NCBI RefSeq assembly: GCF_009914755.1
Contig: NC_060935.1
Length of the DNA stretch: 64,000 bases
Reading direction: 5' to 3' (one strand)
From: the human T2T-CHM13v2.0 reference genome, Homo sapiens
In this document: piece by piece, positions 27,201 through 41,230 of the stretch
How positions within the stretch are numbered: position 1 is the stretch's first letter
Layout of the letters: every line of letters starts with the position of its first letter
Program-made: the position numbers and the translations under genes
Notes under the pieces: generated by a model
The model's input: only the letters and a program-made list of their open reading frames with translations
Database searches by the model: none
What the model was told of the DNA's origin: nothing

Positions 27201-28286
27201 AATTAACCAAAAATGATTTTTGAAGACTATGGTAGAATTTTATACATGTTAAAATGTTTGAAAGTAATGTTCTCAGCTATTTCTCAGTGCAAGTCAGCAA
27301 ATTATTATAACTTTTGTTTTATACGTGGGAAAATTAAGGGAGAGGGCAATTTTGTGATTTATTATGGCTACCCAACATGTTAGTGGCAGAACTGAGATTA
27401 CAACACACTCCTTCTAGGCTCTGATTAGCCTATAGAGTTACAATAACTACAAAATGTCATAATTTTAAATGCAATTTAACATTTTTAAAAACACGTTTTA
27501 CCCTTCATCTTTAGTTCTTTCGGAAAAATAGTTCTCTGCTGGAGCAAGACTCTAACGTGTGTAGAGCAGTATATATACAATAATTGCTTCAGTTGAAAGC
27601 CTCTCTACTTAAAGCCTAGAAATCAAAAACTCAAAGGAAACTTTATTCTTCACTTGCAAAAAAAAAAAAAAAAGTACAGAACTGTCTTCCCTCCTTTGTT
27701 CTAATCTGAAACAAGTTAGATTACCCATAATACCTTAATAACATTTTGGCTCATGAACCAAAGTTATTTAAGATTCCTTAGGGAGCACCGTCAAGAAACA
27801 ACTGGAATTCAGTGGCCTTTGCTGCTCAGCCTCTGATGCAGTATCTAAAGTGACCATAGTGATGTCACCTCCAGCCAGGGCCAGGAATGTCTGGAGCTAG
27901 TGGCTGGGAGTGCTGTGTCTGAGACTGCTACTTACGTCTGCTTCCTACCACTGAATCCTGGCTTATCTCCTCACCAAAACCACAGTGGCTCTCATTCTCT
28001 TCTCTATATCTTCTAGAACTTTATATGAGGAATGCATTATAAGCAAAATTCCAGAGAAAAATCTTTTTTGGAAAATCTCCATCAATGATAAAAGCTTCCA
28101 ATCTGGGACTCCATGTGGGGAGTTCCGTTTATTTTTCCTTGTTCCCCAAAGAACACAAAAGAAACTGTCATTTTGGAAAATATCATTTCTTTTTCTTTGA
28201 GAGACTAGAAAAATAAGTTGTCTCTAGAGGAATATATCTTATGTCATGCTGAAATCTATAGTTAATCAGATTCAGATGTACCAACA

Positions 28287-28770
28287 AGAAAAGACACATG
28301 CACATGTTTACTGCAGCAGTGTTCACAATATCAAAGACTTGGAACCAACCCAAATACCCATCAATGACAGACTGGATAAAGAAAATGTGGCACACATACA
28401 CCATGGAATACTATGCAGCCATAAAAAAGATGAGTTCATGTCCTTTGCAGGGACATGGATGAAGGTGGAAACCATCATTCTCAGCAAACTAACACAGGAA
28501 CAGAAAACCAAACACCGCATGTTTTCACTCGTAAGTGGGAGTTGAACGATGAGAACGCATGGACAGAGAGAAGGGAACATCACATAACGGGGCCTTTTGT
28601 GGGGTGGGGGGCTAGGAGAGGGATAGTGTTGGGAGAAATACCTAATGTAGATGATAGCTTGATGGGTGCAGCAAACCACCATGGCACGTGTATACCCATG
28701 TAACAAACCTGCACGTTCTGCACATGTATCCCAGAACTTACAGTATAATTTAAAAAAAAGGAAAAAAGAA
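28287..28770 (+). mobile_element. L1PA7-like 3' end, 5'-truncated
   Basis: ORF2 C-terminus (...SFAGTWMKVETIILSKLTQEQKTKHRMFSLVSGS), 3'UTR ggagaaatacctaatgtagatga and poly-A tail. Confidence 0.93.
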
Positions 28771-28989
28771 ATATACCTTCTTTCCATTCCCTCTGACCAA
28801 TACTAAGCCAAATTTTAAAGTAGTTGAAGACAATCTCACCAGTTTATCTTTCAGAACTTCCCCCATCCCATCTGAACACTGTCTCTACTCCTCTTCCTTT
28901 TCTCCCTACCCTAAAGACTGATACATCTACAGATGCTCAAGGATTCCATCTGCCATTCATTCATTCAGTACATTTTTATTGGGTGTCCC

Positions 28990-29283
28990 TGTCTTAGTCC
29001 ATTTGGGCTGCCATAACAAAATACCATAAACCGCGTTGCTTATAATCAACAACCATTTATTTCCCACAGTTCTGGAGGCTGCCAAGTCTAAGATGAAGAC
29101 TCCAGCAGATGTGATGACTGCTGAGGGCTCTCTTCCTTATAAATGGCTGTCTTCCCACTGTAACCTCACATAGCAGAAGAGGTGAAACACCCCTCAAAGC
29201 CTCCATTTCCTAATAGCAACCCTTTAGGGGTTAGGACTTCGACATATGAATTTTGGAAGGACACAAGCATTCAGATCATAGCA
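28990..29283 (-). mobile_element. MaLR LTR (MLT1A-like), internally deleted, inserted in an L2 3' end
   Basis: tgtcttagtccatttgggctgccataacaaaatacc...cattcagatcatagca; L2 cattcattca...tttattgggtg | cctatgtgccagg flanks. Confidence 0.85.
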
Positions 29284-31528
29284 GCTTCCTATGTGCCAGG
29301 TACTGACATTGAGAAACACCTAATGGCTTCCACCAAAATACTCCTCTTTATTTTCACATTTATTTTTTTAACTAATGCTTTAAGAAAAATATCCTATTTA
29401 GCAAAATATTAACTATCAATGGTGGTATATTAACCATAGCAGGGAAGCTTTATTAGAGGATAGAGAATAGAGACCTTCAGGCTTTCTGGAGGAGTCTACC
29501 AACTCTGCCATAATCTATTTTCAATACTTATTGAATATCTAAGATGCATGAGAATTGTAATTCACTAGATTTTAAATTACTTGGGGTATAAGGAAGTTTT
29601 CCTTTTAGGGATTAACTGTCAGAGTATCTGATGCTATGGTGATCCAAGACCTGAAAGATGAACTGATGATGAATTGAAAGCATCCCACTGAATAACATGA
29701 GAGGTACAAAGACGGCAGTATTTTAAATAAATTTACCGTTCATTCCCAATGTTTGCCACTTTTACATACAATAAACATAGCGAAAAAATGTGTCCTTTGT
29801 TGACTTTAAAAGGAAAAAGAAAATGAAAAGCACAGAGGCAAGAAAATTTTAGCTATGCTTAGCAAACAGTATGCAATCAAGCTAGACATGTAACGTTTCT
29901 CATAAAGGAGATATAGACATAAGGATGAAAAAGTAAGATGATGTGTTAAAAATCTGCTCTAAAATTTATGTAACATTTATGAATACATTGTGAGTTATGC
30001 TGATAAAAGTTGAGATTAGATTTTACGCACTTAAGATAAAAAAACTATTCTGGAGAAACGAGAATTGTAGAAACAGAAGCTTATGGAAGATAGGAGAAAA
30101 TGAGTCCTTTTCCTCTCAATTTCAATTGCAGGCAAATAAGATTTTTTACATAAGAATAACTGTTGAGATTTTAAAATGTCAAATATAGATTTATTTGCAG
30201 ATAGAGAGAAATAAAAATTAGAATGACTCCTGGATAACTTTTTTTTCAATGTGCTAATTAGTTTAAAAGGGTAATTCTTTGATGGTATCAAAAGCCCTAC
30301 AGTCATGTTAAATGACCTAGAGAAAACTTCAAAATCAGCCCAATACTATATATTATAATTTCCACTGTTAAATTTTTTTCTGTTGTACTGAATAAATTAA
30401 GGAAGTCAAAAAAGCTTTTGGCTTTGTGATAAAATGTAGGCGAGACACTAAAGGAAGAATGTAGGAGGGAATGTCTACTAGAGAGAAAATAAAATCCCCA
30501 AAGAACCAAGGGAGAATTTATATTTCTAAGGCACTTTGCTTCTTGCTGTATAGTAGCTCAGACAAACACTAAAAATAAACCTATGTTTAAGAGGAAAAAA
30601 AGGCTTTCTTGCTCAGTGGTACTTACTTATGACTCAGAGGGGGGGAAAACATAAAATTTTAGATGCCACACAACACACACACACTGTTTTAAATTCTTAT
30701 CACCCTCTAATCAATCATTTTCTAAAAGACCTCTTTACCTGTGCTTCTTATACAATGAACCCTTATGTTATTAAGTGAACAGAATAGAGCCTCACTAAAG
30801 ACCACAAGATTTATGAGGCCTCATGGTCATTGGGCTTGTGTTTCCAATAGGCTCTGAAGGAATTGTTTTACATTTGCATACACAGTCTTTCCTATAAAAA
30901 AAAACTGAGTCTTTTAATCTACTTTTCCCAACACTCTGATTAAGTTAGAGATCAAGCAGTTGAGCTAAAACAGCAATACATGCTGATGTCAGTTTTGAAG
31001 GGAGCTGGTTTTGTCTATTACAAGTTGTTTCTAAGTTTCCTTTCTTGATGAATCCTTCTTTGCTTTGTGGTAATTTATATTAATTCACCAAAGAGCTAAA
31101 AGGACTCCTTGGGTGATTCAAACAAGAAACTTTTAAAGCGAAATGGTGCAACTTCCCAAACCAAAATATGCAAATATGGCATCTACTCTCTTGGTTAAAC
31201 GCTTAACACTAACAGAAGGTGCTACCTGCCTCAGAAGACAACCTATTGCTTTTAATGGGCCGCTCTGTCAAGTGTTCTCCCGAATATTAAATTAAAAGCT
31301 GACTTCCTAAAACTTCCTGCTCCAGATTTCTTAAATTTACATCACTCACTTTCCCTCATGCCATCCCTCAAACATTTAAAAACAGCTCCCCTGGACCCTC
31401 TTAAATGTTTCTCTCTTCCAGCTTGTTGAGACTGCAGACTTAGCAGGCAGACTGCCTGGGTTCAATTTTTAGTCCCACTGTCCATTGTATTCTAGCTGTG
31501 ACCTTTGGCCAATCTAAGCCTCAGTTTT

Positions 31529-31854
<326 letters not shown>

Positions 31855-32256
31855 TAAATTTTTAATCATAGTGACATGAGAATATCTTTTTAATAATATT
31901 GTCAGGAGAACTGAGAATTAAATCAGATAGTGCAGGAGGCGTCTGTATTGTAGTAATCATGCAGCAAATGGCTTCTTATGTTCCTCGTGAAATGTACCTT
32001 CTGGAGCCCTGGCCAGCAGGTATTTCGTTGTCCAGATGCACTCATGTCTGTCAATCTCTCTCTCTTAATTCATGGGGTCAAGAATTGAAGAAGGGAAAGG
32101 TCAGCAAAAGGTAATCCGAGTTACAATTTAAAATTAAAGTGCATTATTAATTTCATTATCACTGAGGATTCACATTGATACAAAATGATTTGAGGAAAAT
32201 GTCTTATACTTCTTTGCATTTCTAGCTTAGATTATGAAAAAATAGTTATCAATAAA

Positions 32257-32575
32257 TGGGATCAGAAAACTTTTCTAAAAAGGGCTGGATAGTAAATATT
32301 CTAGGCTTTGCAAGCTATATGGTCTCCATTGCCAATACTCAACTCTGCTATTGTAGTACAAAGTGGCCATACATAATAGGTAAATGGATTCTTAGGGTTG
32401 TATTCCATGAATACTTAATTTATAGATACTGAAATTTGAATTATGTATAATTTTCATGTGTCATGAAATATCCTATTTTGTGTTTTTTCCCAACCATTTA
32501 AACCATAAAAGCCATTCTTAGCTTGCAGATTTATAGAAGTTCAGCAAGCTGTATTTGGCCCACTAGCCACCATTT
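32257..32575 (+). mobile_element. MER58B (hAT-Charlie)
   Basis: aaacttttctaaaaagggctggatagtaaatatt...actgaaatttgaatt...tatttggccc. Confidence 0.8.
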
Positions 32576-32889
32576 ATTTACTTATTTAAGATGAAAGTAG
32601 ATAGTCCCATTTATCATCTGCATTAAACTAGAGAAATTATACAGATACTGTTCTCCCAAACAGACCAAAGGAAGTAGGAGAGGGAAAGCCAAGGGTGCAG
32701 GTTGGTCCAAGGCAGGACTTGACTAGACAGTTAGAAATGAAAAATTTCCTTGAAAGGGAGAAGAAAATGTGATTCACACAAGATTATCCTTGTATAGGTG
32801 TTCCTTTTCTGTTCTGCTTCATTTGTTTGCTTCAGTTGTTGATCTTTTCCAGAGGTGAAATTGCTTCTTTGCCATCAAACTTACTGGCA

Positions 32890-33135
32890 TATGGTGGTAT
32901 TAACAGTTAAGAATTGGGAAACTAGAATCTTCAAGCCTTTTGAATCCCAGTTCAGCCAGTTACTATTAATGTGATCTTAGGTAATTTAGTTAACTTTCTA
33001 AATGTCCTCACCTGTAGAATGGCCATAATTATAGAGCCTACCACTGGGTTGCAAAATAAATAATTAAGATAAAACATCTGGAATGGTTAGCATACTGTAA
33101 GTCCTACAGTGAGGCCTTCAGAAGTGTTAACTGTG
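32890..33135 (+). mobile_element. MIR
   Basis: ttgaatcccagttcagcc...tgtgatcttagg...cctcacctgtagaatgg. Confidence 0.78.
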
Positions 33136-33254
33136 TGAAGGGAATAAATGGAAGAGAAAACTTTGCATGAACAAGACACGTCTTCAGTTGATTTTATTGT
33201 TAAGGAATCCAGAATTATGTCTTCAAAGAGTGCTACTGCATCTCTACCCCACTG

Positions 33255-33430
33255 TGTCTAGTTCTTCAAGTGCATTAAATAGCAGTATGTGAGAACTTGT
33301 TAGAAATACACTCTCCAGTCCCATCCCAGATTTAGTGAATCAGAAACTATGGGGTTAGGACCCAGGAATTTGTATTTTAGCAAGCCCCCCAGATAACTGT
33401 GATGCATGCTAGAGTTTGAGAATCAAAGGT
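33255..33430 (+). mobile_element. MER5A
   Basis: aacttgttagaaatac...gaatcagaaactatggggttaggacccaggaatttgtattttagcaagcccccc...gtttgagaa. Confidence 0.8.
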
Positions 33431-33756
33431 CTATGTGAAATTTGGTTAAAATAAACAAGGGCAACCTTGAAGTTATAAATAGGTATAGACTTCTTGATAA
33501 ATAAAATGATTTAATTTGATCTCCAAAAACCTAGTGTGAGAGGTGTGTCAGATATTATTCTCAGATTTTATACAAGGACATTGTAACTCAATAAGAGTCA
33601 GTGATTTTTGCAGGTGTCATAGTAAGTAGCCAAGTCTCACATTCTACTTCTGGGCACTTTCAACTTTACTTGATGTTAACAGTGAGAATGGGTAAGGAGG
33701 AGGGGTGGGGATGAATAGGGATTACTGTTACAGGGGTATCAACCTAAATGCCTTAA

Positions 33757-34260
33757 GTGGCAGACTACTATTTATCTATCCATTATCCATTTTCCCTTCT
33801 TCTTTACTAAGAGAATCTAAATTTGGTTCACAAAAGCAATGGGCTCAGCTAATAATATACACTTTCAAGATTCCTTTGCATAGGTGGGGTGATGATGCTA
33901 TAAGTTCTAAGCAGTGAGATAAAAATGGAAGTCATAGTATCAGCCTTCTTTGAAAGTTCCTTCAAAAAAGAATGGGGAAAACTTAGCCGATACATATCTT
34001 TTGCATTTTCCTTTTACTTTTTAACCTGGCACTGGAATGCAATGCCCAGTACTTCAAGACACATTTTGTGATCATGAGAAATACAACAAAGTGATAAGCT
34101 TAGCAGAATTAGAAATATTCAAGGAGAATGAGTTACAATGACATTTTTGAGTTGCCACATCTGCCCCAAACTGTCTTATGTGAGGGGAAAAAATCAATTT
34201 ACTTAAGCCACTATTTATTCAGAATTTTTTTGTTATTCATCAACACAATCTTAACTGCTA
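33757..34260 (+). mobile_element. Old MaLR LTR (MLT1J/K-like)
   Basis: gtggcagactact...ttaagccactattt...cttaactg; highly diverged. Confidence 0.55.
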
Positions 34261-35584
34261 CTCCCTATTAAGAAGAGGGGATAATTGACTTCCCAGACAT
34301 TTTCAAACCAAAATAAAGTTACTCTGAAAATATACAAAGTTTCTGGGCTTGGGACAAATTCAAACTGTCTTCCTCTCCTGGTCCTCCAGCTTCTGCATCT
34401 GGTTGATCTGCACCTCACTCCCCAGATTTCGTTGTTTTCCGCCAGTCTTCATGTTTAGCACTTCCATTCTCTCATCTTATTCTTCAGCTCTACCAAACTA
34501 CTTGGAATCTCCATTCTCTCCACCTAAAATGTCATCCCTTTCATTCCTCACTTTCTTGGCACCTTGCAAACTCTTTCTTATTCTTCAAGAGTCAGCTCAA
34601 ATATCCTGTCTCCAACAAAGCTTTCTGTGACTACATCTGGCTGACTTAGCCACATCTTTCTCTATCCTCCCTCCTTGAATGTGGCTCTATTATAAGAATG
34701 GTGACATTATATGGCATTATGTCTTATGACTCCTTTCTACACTTTAAACTTGCTGAAGACTGGAATTTTTTTGTGTGTATCTTCAAAACTTAATATATTA
34801 CATGGTATACAATGGGAAGTTGATACATGTTTTCTGCAAGAATAAACAGATTGGGGATAGATGCAAAGAGATAGTAAAGTTATTTAATACCAATTGAACT
34901 AATTAAACAGTTGCCAGGGGGTATGCTGTACCCACGACTGTAAGACTGAGTATATCAGCTCTAGAAAGATGACTACTAGGTCACACATAACAGAGAACCT
35001 ATGTACTTGTGATAATAAATCATATTCCTTGGGTGGTTTCATCTATGGCCTTTTATAGTATATGTGTATATATAATTAGATACATAATGCAAGAAATATA
35101 TTTAATATTTTTAAATTTTCTTATCTTCCTTTTATCAAGTGCCAGAGTAAATGAGTGGTTTCCTCCAGCCAAAGTCAAGGGTTTCTAGACTTCTATTTAT
35201 TATTTTAAAGTTGTTTTATGTATTTGCTTCCTTTACAATAAAAATACACTATAGGAAATATGCTGGTATGTTGCCAGCTGACAAATTTATTGAGCTACTC
35301 CTGACCTTTTAAGATACAATTTTACTTATTTTTAGACAGGTGCCTCAAAGACTTAAAACACAAATGCATTATGAATTCTACTACTAACAGCAATACTCTT
35401 ACAATTTTTCTATATTTTAATCGATTCTAAGGTCTAAGTCTGAACCTCTGTAAATAAGGAAAGAAATCTGTGCTTTGGAACACATATCTCCTGTTTTACA
35501 TTCATTAGTATTTGGGTTTTCCATCCAGTCTATAAGAATTCCAAGAAGTGAAACTACCCAATTCCTCTACAAACCGGTTACAAT

Positions 35585-36098
35585 GTAGCTATATAGAATA
35601 TGCTATTGCTTGCTTACCCATCACCTGTGCCTCTTTTTTTTTCTGACAGAATCGTAATTCTGTTCAAGTGTTTACTTGTCTTTGAAGTAACTTAGGAGAA
35701 GTTGATCCCAGTCACTCCAAGGGGTGTATGCTGATTAGTCTGCCTATTGACACATGGCATTCCCCTAGTAACAATGGCTGATCTGAGAATGGGCAGATCT
35801 AAGAAGGGTTCAATCCTTCTGAAGGAATGGCTCTAGTTCTAACTCTTTCTCTTTCTATCTCTTTTTCTCTCTCCCACTCTATGTGAGTAGGCAACATCTT
35901 GCCTGAATTACTACAGGCAGTTTTTATAAGAACATGCAGAATCAAAGAGACGGCAAGTCATCCTTCATGACCCCTTTGAGCTTCTGACTCAACTAGTGCA
36001 GGAATCCAAGCTACCTGTAGGCTCTTGTTGTGAGATGAAGATTTTTCTTATTTTTAAAGCCAATCACTTTTCCATTACAGAAAGCATCTAACTGATAC
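35585..36098 (+). mobile_element. Old MaLR LTR (MLT1K-like)
   Basis: ...ttttaaagcca...gaaagcatctaactgatac 3' end typical of MLT1. Confidence 0.55.
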
Positions 36099-36839
36099 CC
36101 TTATGCCCTGACCCCTTAGAAATTCTGATATTCATTAACTCATGTTCATCTAGACCTTTTGTTCTAAGTGATGAAAAACTAAAATAAATAGAAAAACCAA
36201 ACGCTACCCTTTTCTCATGCACATATGGATAGGAGTCTGTAAAATAGCATCAATTGTGTCCTTAAGTGTTTATAGATCACAATCAGTGACCCACTTCTCC
36301 TCATTTCCTATATTTTCCTATTAACACAGGTTTTGTAAAGGCTATGCCTTAATGCATATATTTAACAGGGAATTCCTGATAAATATTTTGTACCTGGGGG
36401 GTGCCATGATGGAGATTTGTATCATTTACTCTGTCAAGTATCATTAAGAGTTTAATCTCATCTTAAATTTCAATGTCTGAAGGCCAAGACCCATTTGAAT
36501 ACTCTTCCATAGGTACTGGAGAATTATGAAGTAACTGTTCATCCAAACCTTGAGTCTGGCCTTGAGGAGAGAAGAAATTTATCTGTATTCTTTTTATTCT
36601 AAACTTTGAGTTGGTAAAAATTCCCAAGATATTTAGATGTCTAAATGTCTTGAAGGGGAAGGGGAAAATATTGTTTATATTTGTTAAGGTACACTGAAAA
36701 TGTACTTCAAAATTGCCTACTTCCTAAAGGACTTCCAGAGAAATCATTTAGAAAGATTTCCAGAGAAAACTCCGTCAGAAAGCTAAAGGAGTTTTCTAGT
36801 CAAAGAAACACTGAAGGAGACGTTTAAAAACTAGGCTTT

Positions 36840-38424
36840 TCATCCCCATCAAGCTACCAATGACTTTCTTCACAGAATTGGAAAAAACTATTTTAAAGTT
36901 CATATGGAACCAAAAAAGAGCCCGCATTGCCAAGACAATCCTAAGCCAAAAGAACAAAGCCGGAGGCATCACGCTACCTGACTTCAAACTATACTACAAG
37001 GCTACAGTAACCAAAACAGCATGGTACTGGTACCAAAACAGAGACATAGACCAATGGAACAGAACAGAGCCCTCAGAAATGGAACACAACAGAGCCCTCT
37101 ACAACCATCTGATCTTTGACAAACCTGACAAAAACAAGAAATGGGGAAAGGATTCCCTATTTAATAAATGGTGCTGGGAAAACTGGCTAGCCATATGTAG
37201 AAAGCTGAAACTGGATCCCTTCCTTACACGTTATACAAAAATTAATTCAAGATGGATTAAAGATTTAAATTTAGACCTAAAACCATAAAAACCCTAGAAG
37301 AAAACCTAGGCAATACCTTTCAGGACACAGGCATGGGCAAGGACGTCATGTCTAAAACACCAAAAGCAATGGCAACAAAAGCCAAAATTGACAAATGGGA
37401 TCTAATTAAACTAAAGAGCGTCTGCACAGCAAAAGAAACTACCATCAGAGTGAACAGGCAACCTACAGAATGGGGGAAAATTTTTGCAATCTACTCATCT
37501 GACAAAGGGCTAATATCCAGAATCTACCAAGAACCCAAACAAATTTACAAGAAAAAAACAACCCCATCAACAAGTGGGCAAAGATATGAACAGACACTTC
37601 TCAAAATAAGACATTTATGCAGCCAACAGACACATGAAAAAATGCTCATCATCACTGGGTATCAGAGAAATGCAAATCAAAACCACAGTGAGATACCATC
37701 TCACACCAGTTAGAATGGCCATCATTAAAATGTCAGGAAACAACAGGTGCTGGAGAGGATGTAGAAAAATAGGAACTAGTTTACAGTCACACACCTGTAA
37801 ACTAGTTCAACCATTGTGGTAGGCAGTGTGGCAATTCCTCAGGGATCTGGAACTAGAAATACCATTTGACCCAGCCATCCCATTACTGGGTATATACCCA
37901 AAGGATTATAAGTCATGCTGCTATAAAGACACATGCACATGTATGTTTATTGCAGCACTATTCACAACAGCAAAGACTTGGAACCAACCCAAATGTCCAT
38001 CAATGATAGACTGGATTAAGAAAATGTGGCACATATACACCATGGAATACTATGCAGCCATAAAAAAGGATGAGTTCATGTTCTTTGTAGGGACATGGAT
38101 AAAGCTGGAAACCATCATTCTCAGCAAACTATCGCAAGGACAAAAACCAAACACCGCATGTTCTCACTCATAGGTGGGAACTGAACAATGAGAACACTTG
38201 GACACAGGAAGGGGAACGTCACACACCAGGGCCTGTTGTGGGGTGGGGGAGGGCGGAGGGATAGCATTATGAGATATACCTAATATTAAATGACAAGTTA
38301 ACGGGTGCAGCACACCAACATGGCACATGTATACATATGTAACAAACCTGCATGTTGTGCACATGTACCCTAGAACTTAAAGTATAATCATTAACAAAAA
38401 AATCCTCCTTCAAAAAAAAAACAA
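36840..38424 (+). mobile_element. L1PA4/5-like, 5'-truncated (~1.6 kb)
   Basis: ORF2 C-terminal peptides ([10 protein letters not shown]...[17 protein letters not shown]); 3'UTR gagatatacctaat..taaatgac; TSD aaaaactaggcttt (36826-36839 / 38425-38438). Confidence 0.96.
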
Positions 38425-40289
38425 AAAAACTAGGCTTTGTTATTGGGTGCACATACAAGTATGTGTTTACTTGTGCAGCCTTCAGAGATCCTCATTCCCA
38501 ATCCCTGCCTATGTTTCCCTATCTAGCAATGCCTCTTGGCATACAGACATGCTTTATTATTTAGGAACCAGAAACCTGCTATTAATGGCCTATAAGGTTT
38601 TCAAGGGTTTCAAAAATTTTTGGAAACCTTAGTATCATTTTCAAAATGCAAAAAGATACACTTAAAATTGGAAAACTCTAAATATTTAACTAAATAGCTA
38701 TAAAGCATACCATCGTGTCAAGTAGTCAGTTGTAATACTTAAAGCCAAAATGAATAATGTATTCCTAAAAATTAAGAAAGTTATTAAAATTATTTCTAAT
38801 TTTACTTAACAGAAGTACCTCTCATATGGAGTATTAATACAATAAGATGTAGGCTAGAACCTGCAAAAATAAGTCTCTATCACCTACCCAGCATTTAAAA
38901 TGGTCCTGGTGGCAGTTCTCACCAAGAATAAGGCCTATCTTCTACTCTTAAAACTTTTAGTAACTCTTGCCTGTATGAGGGTACTTTCTGAAGCTTAAAA
39001 CATTGGAACATTCCTCCCCCTATACAGGCCAATCAACACTGTATCCTAAAAAGGCTCATCACTGCCATTCACTTACCCAGAATAAGAAAGCTTTCATCAC
39101 ATCAGATAAGACCCTTCATGTCCCCCTGGAACTAGGACCTTCCTAGATGCCCAGAACCCAATAAGAAACCCCAAACAGGGTTCTTGATACCTTTCAGCCA
39201 ATTCCAGCACCAAAACATTATAGGTAAAAGTTAGAATACCTAAGGTTAGTAGCTTCTGACCATGATTATCAACTTTCTTTTAACCACAGTGAGCCCCAAG
39301 TTTCTGGAGATAAAAGCATCCAAATTTCTTTACAACTTGGCCCTTGATTACCTATCCAGCTATGTTTCCTATGATTCCGTGTGTATTAATTTTTATTCTA
39401 GTTATTTGCATATAATGCCTTGAAGTGCTCATGTCACTTGGTGTGTTCCTCACTTTGGTACATAGCTATCTCTGACTCTCCTGGCTTGGCCTGTTGAGCT
39501 TTCCCAGAGCTGGTTATATTGGGGCATATGCCTTTCTTTTGTGCTCTCATAGACTCTGGGCATAGCTCTATCACAGCGTTCACCACACAGTTTTATAAGG
39601 GTCTCTTCTTCTGGCTTATGAGCTTTTAAAGAGCATAGCCTCGGTCTAATGCATCTATATTACTGGTATTTAATAAAGTGCCTGGATATATGCATTTAAA
39701 ATATATTGGTTGAATTAGTGAGTCATGGACTCTATATGCTCTATTAAATTATTATGAAAATGAACTAAACTAAGAACTTTGAAAAATATAATTTTTCTCT
39801 AGAATAAATATATTTTGAGAAAAAATCAATATAAGTTCTATTACTATCTGTGCAGAAAGAAATAGCATTTATATAGCATAACTGAGAAACCTTTCATAAG
39901 ACCTGGCACTCATTTCCTTGAGGCTGAGAGTTATGAGGAAGGGTCGTGACCGTAGGCCAAATCCAAATAATACTGAGGGGCTATAGGAAGCAGTGTTGAG
40001 TAACTCTAAGCAGATCTGGCACTGTAACTGTGTATGTCTGACAGCTGCTGCACCAAACCCAGCTCAGAAGAGCCCATTCTTGTGTTTTGAGCTCTGATTG
40101 GAGGTCTATAGGCTCCCATTTCCCAAGTTATGTGGGATGACTCATTTTTTTCTGTTTTGCTTATAAAACAATAGACAGCATTCCTAAAGTCGAGAAATAC
40201 TTCCATAAATGAAAACTTATTAAGAAGCCCAATATAGCACCATTTTAACATGTATAAGCCTTTCTACCTAAAAAAAATAAATAAATAAA

Positions 40290-41230
40290 AGATGCTCTCA
40301 TGACTATTACATCCTCACCCAGTTACTGCCCTGCCTCTCTCCTCCCTTTCACAGCCAAAACTTTGAAATGGTTGTCAATATTCACTGTTTCTACTTCCTC
40401 ACCTCCCACTCATCTTTCACTCCATTCAGGCATCTACCCCCTCACTCCACGCAAAGAGCTCTCATTAAGTTTACCAGTGGCTTTCCTGTCACAAAATCCA
40501 ATGAAAGGTTTAGTCCTCATTTTACCTCTCCTTTCAGCACCATTTTATAACAACTCCTTTTCTTTTTGGCAATAAGAAACTCCTTTTCTTTTGGCAATAC
40601 TTTCTACATTTTTACCCTTTACCTTCCACAGTATCATGCTTTCTTGGCTTTAATCCTATTTCTCTGGCTGCTAAAGTCTCTCTACTTTGTAGGCTCTTCC
40701 GCCTGTAGCCACCTATTTAGTCCACCAAGCTCTTCTTACTCTATATTTGCTCTACTAACAATTTCATAAATCTATATAATTCTAATAGCTACCTCAAATT
40801 ACTTCAAACATAGTCCCCTTCTCTGAGTACCCAACTGCCTGTGTAACATCTCTACTTAGCTATCTTAAAGGTACATCACATACATCATGCCTAATACTAA
40901 ACTCATGATCCATCCTTTCCACCCAGAACCTGACATTCCTCTAAAGTCTCTTACAAAGCGGATGATATCTCTATCCATCAGTGTATAAACCAAAAACCTA
41001 TGAGTCATTTTTCACATGTTCTCCTCCTTAAAACCCCATGCCCCATACATCAACAGTTTATATATATTTTCTTATATTCTTAAGTTAATCAGTATTCTCC
41101 ATCTCCTCATTGATTGTCCCAACTACCTTTTAGTACAAACTACCACCTATAACTCATGTGAACCACCCCAGTAGCCTTGTTGTTAGATCTGTTATCCAAC
41201 CTGGAAACACAGCCAGAAAATATATTTTTA
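40290..41230 (+). mobile_element. L2 fragment (left part; resumes ~50420)
   Basis: L2 ORF2/3' features: ccaactgcctgtgtaacatctctacttagct..., aaacctatgagtcatt... Confidence 0.7.

Noticed and set aside
28227-28290. Possible ~50 nt of non-L1 sequence captured 5' of the L1PA7 fragment (TSD gaggaatatatctt vs aagaaatatacctt)
   Set aside because: Only 11/14 match in AT-rich DNA; cannot be distinguished from chance
38238-38262. G-quadruplex-like G-runs
   Set aside because: Standard feature of the L1PA 3'UTR
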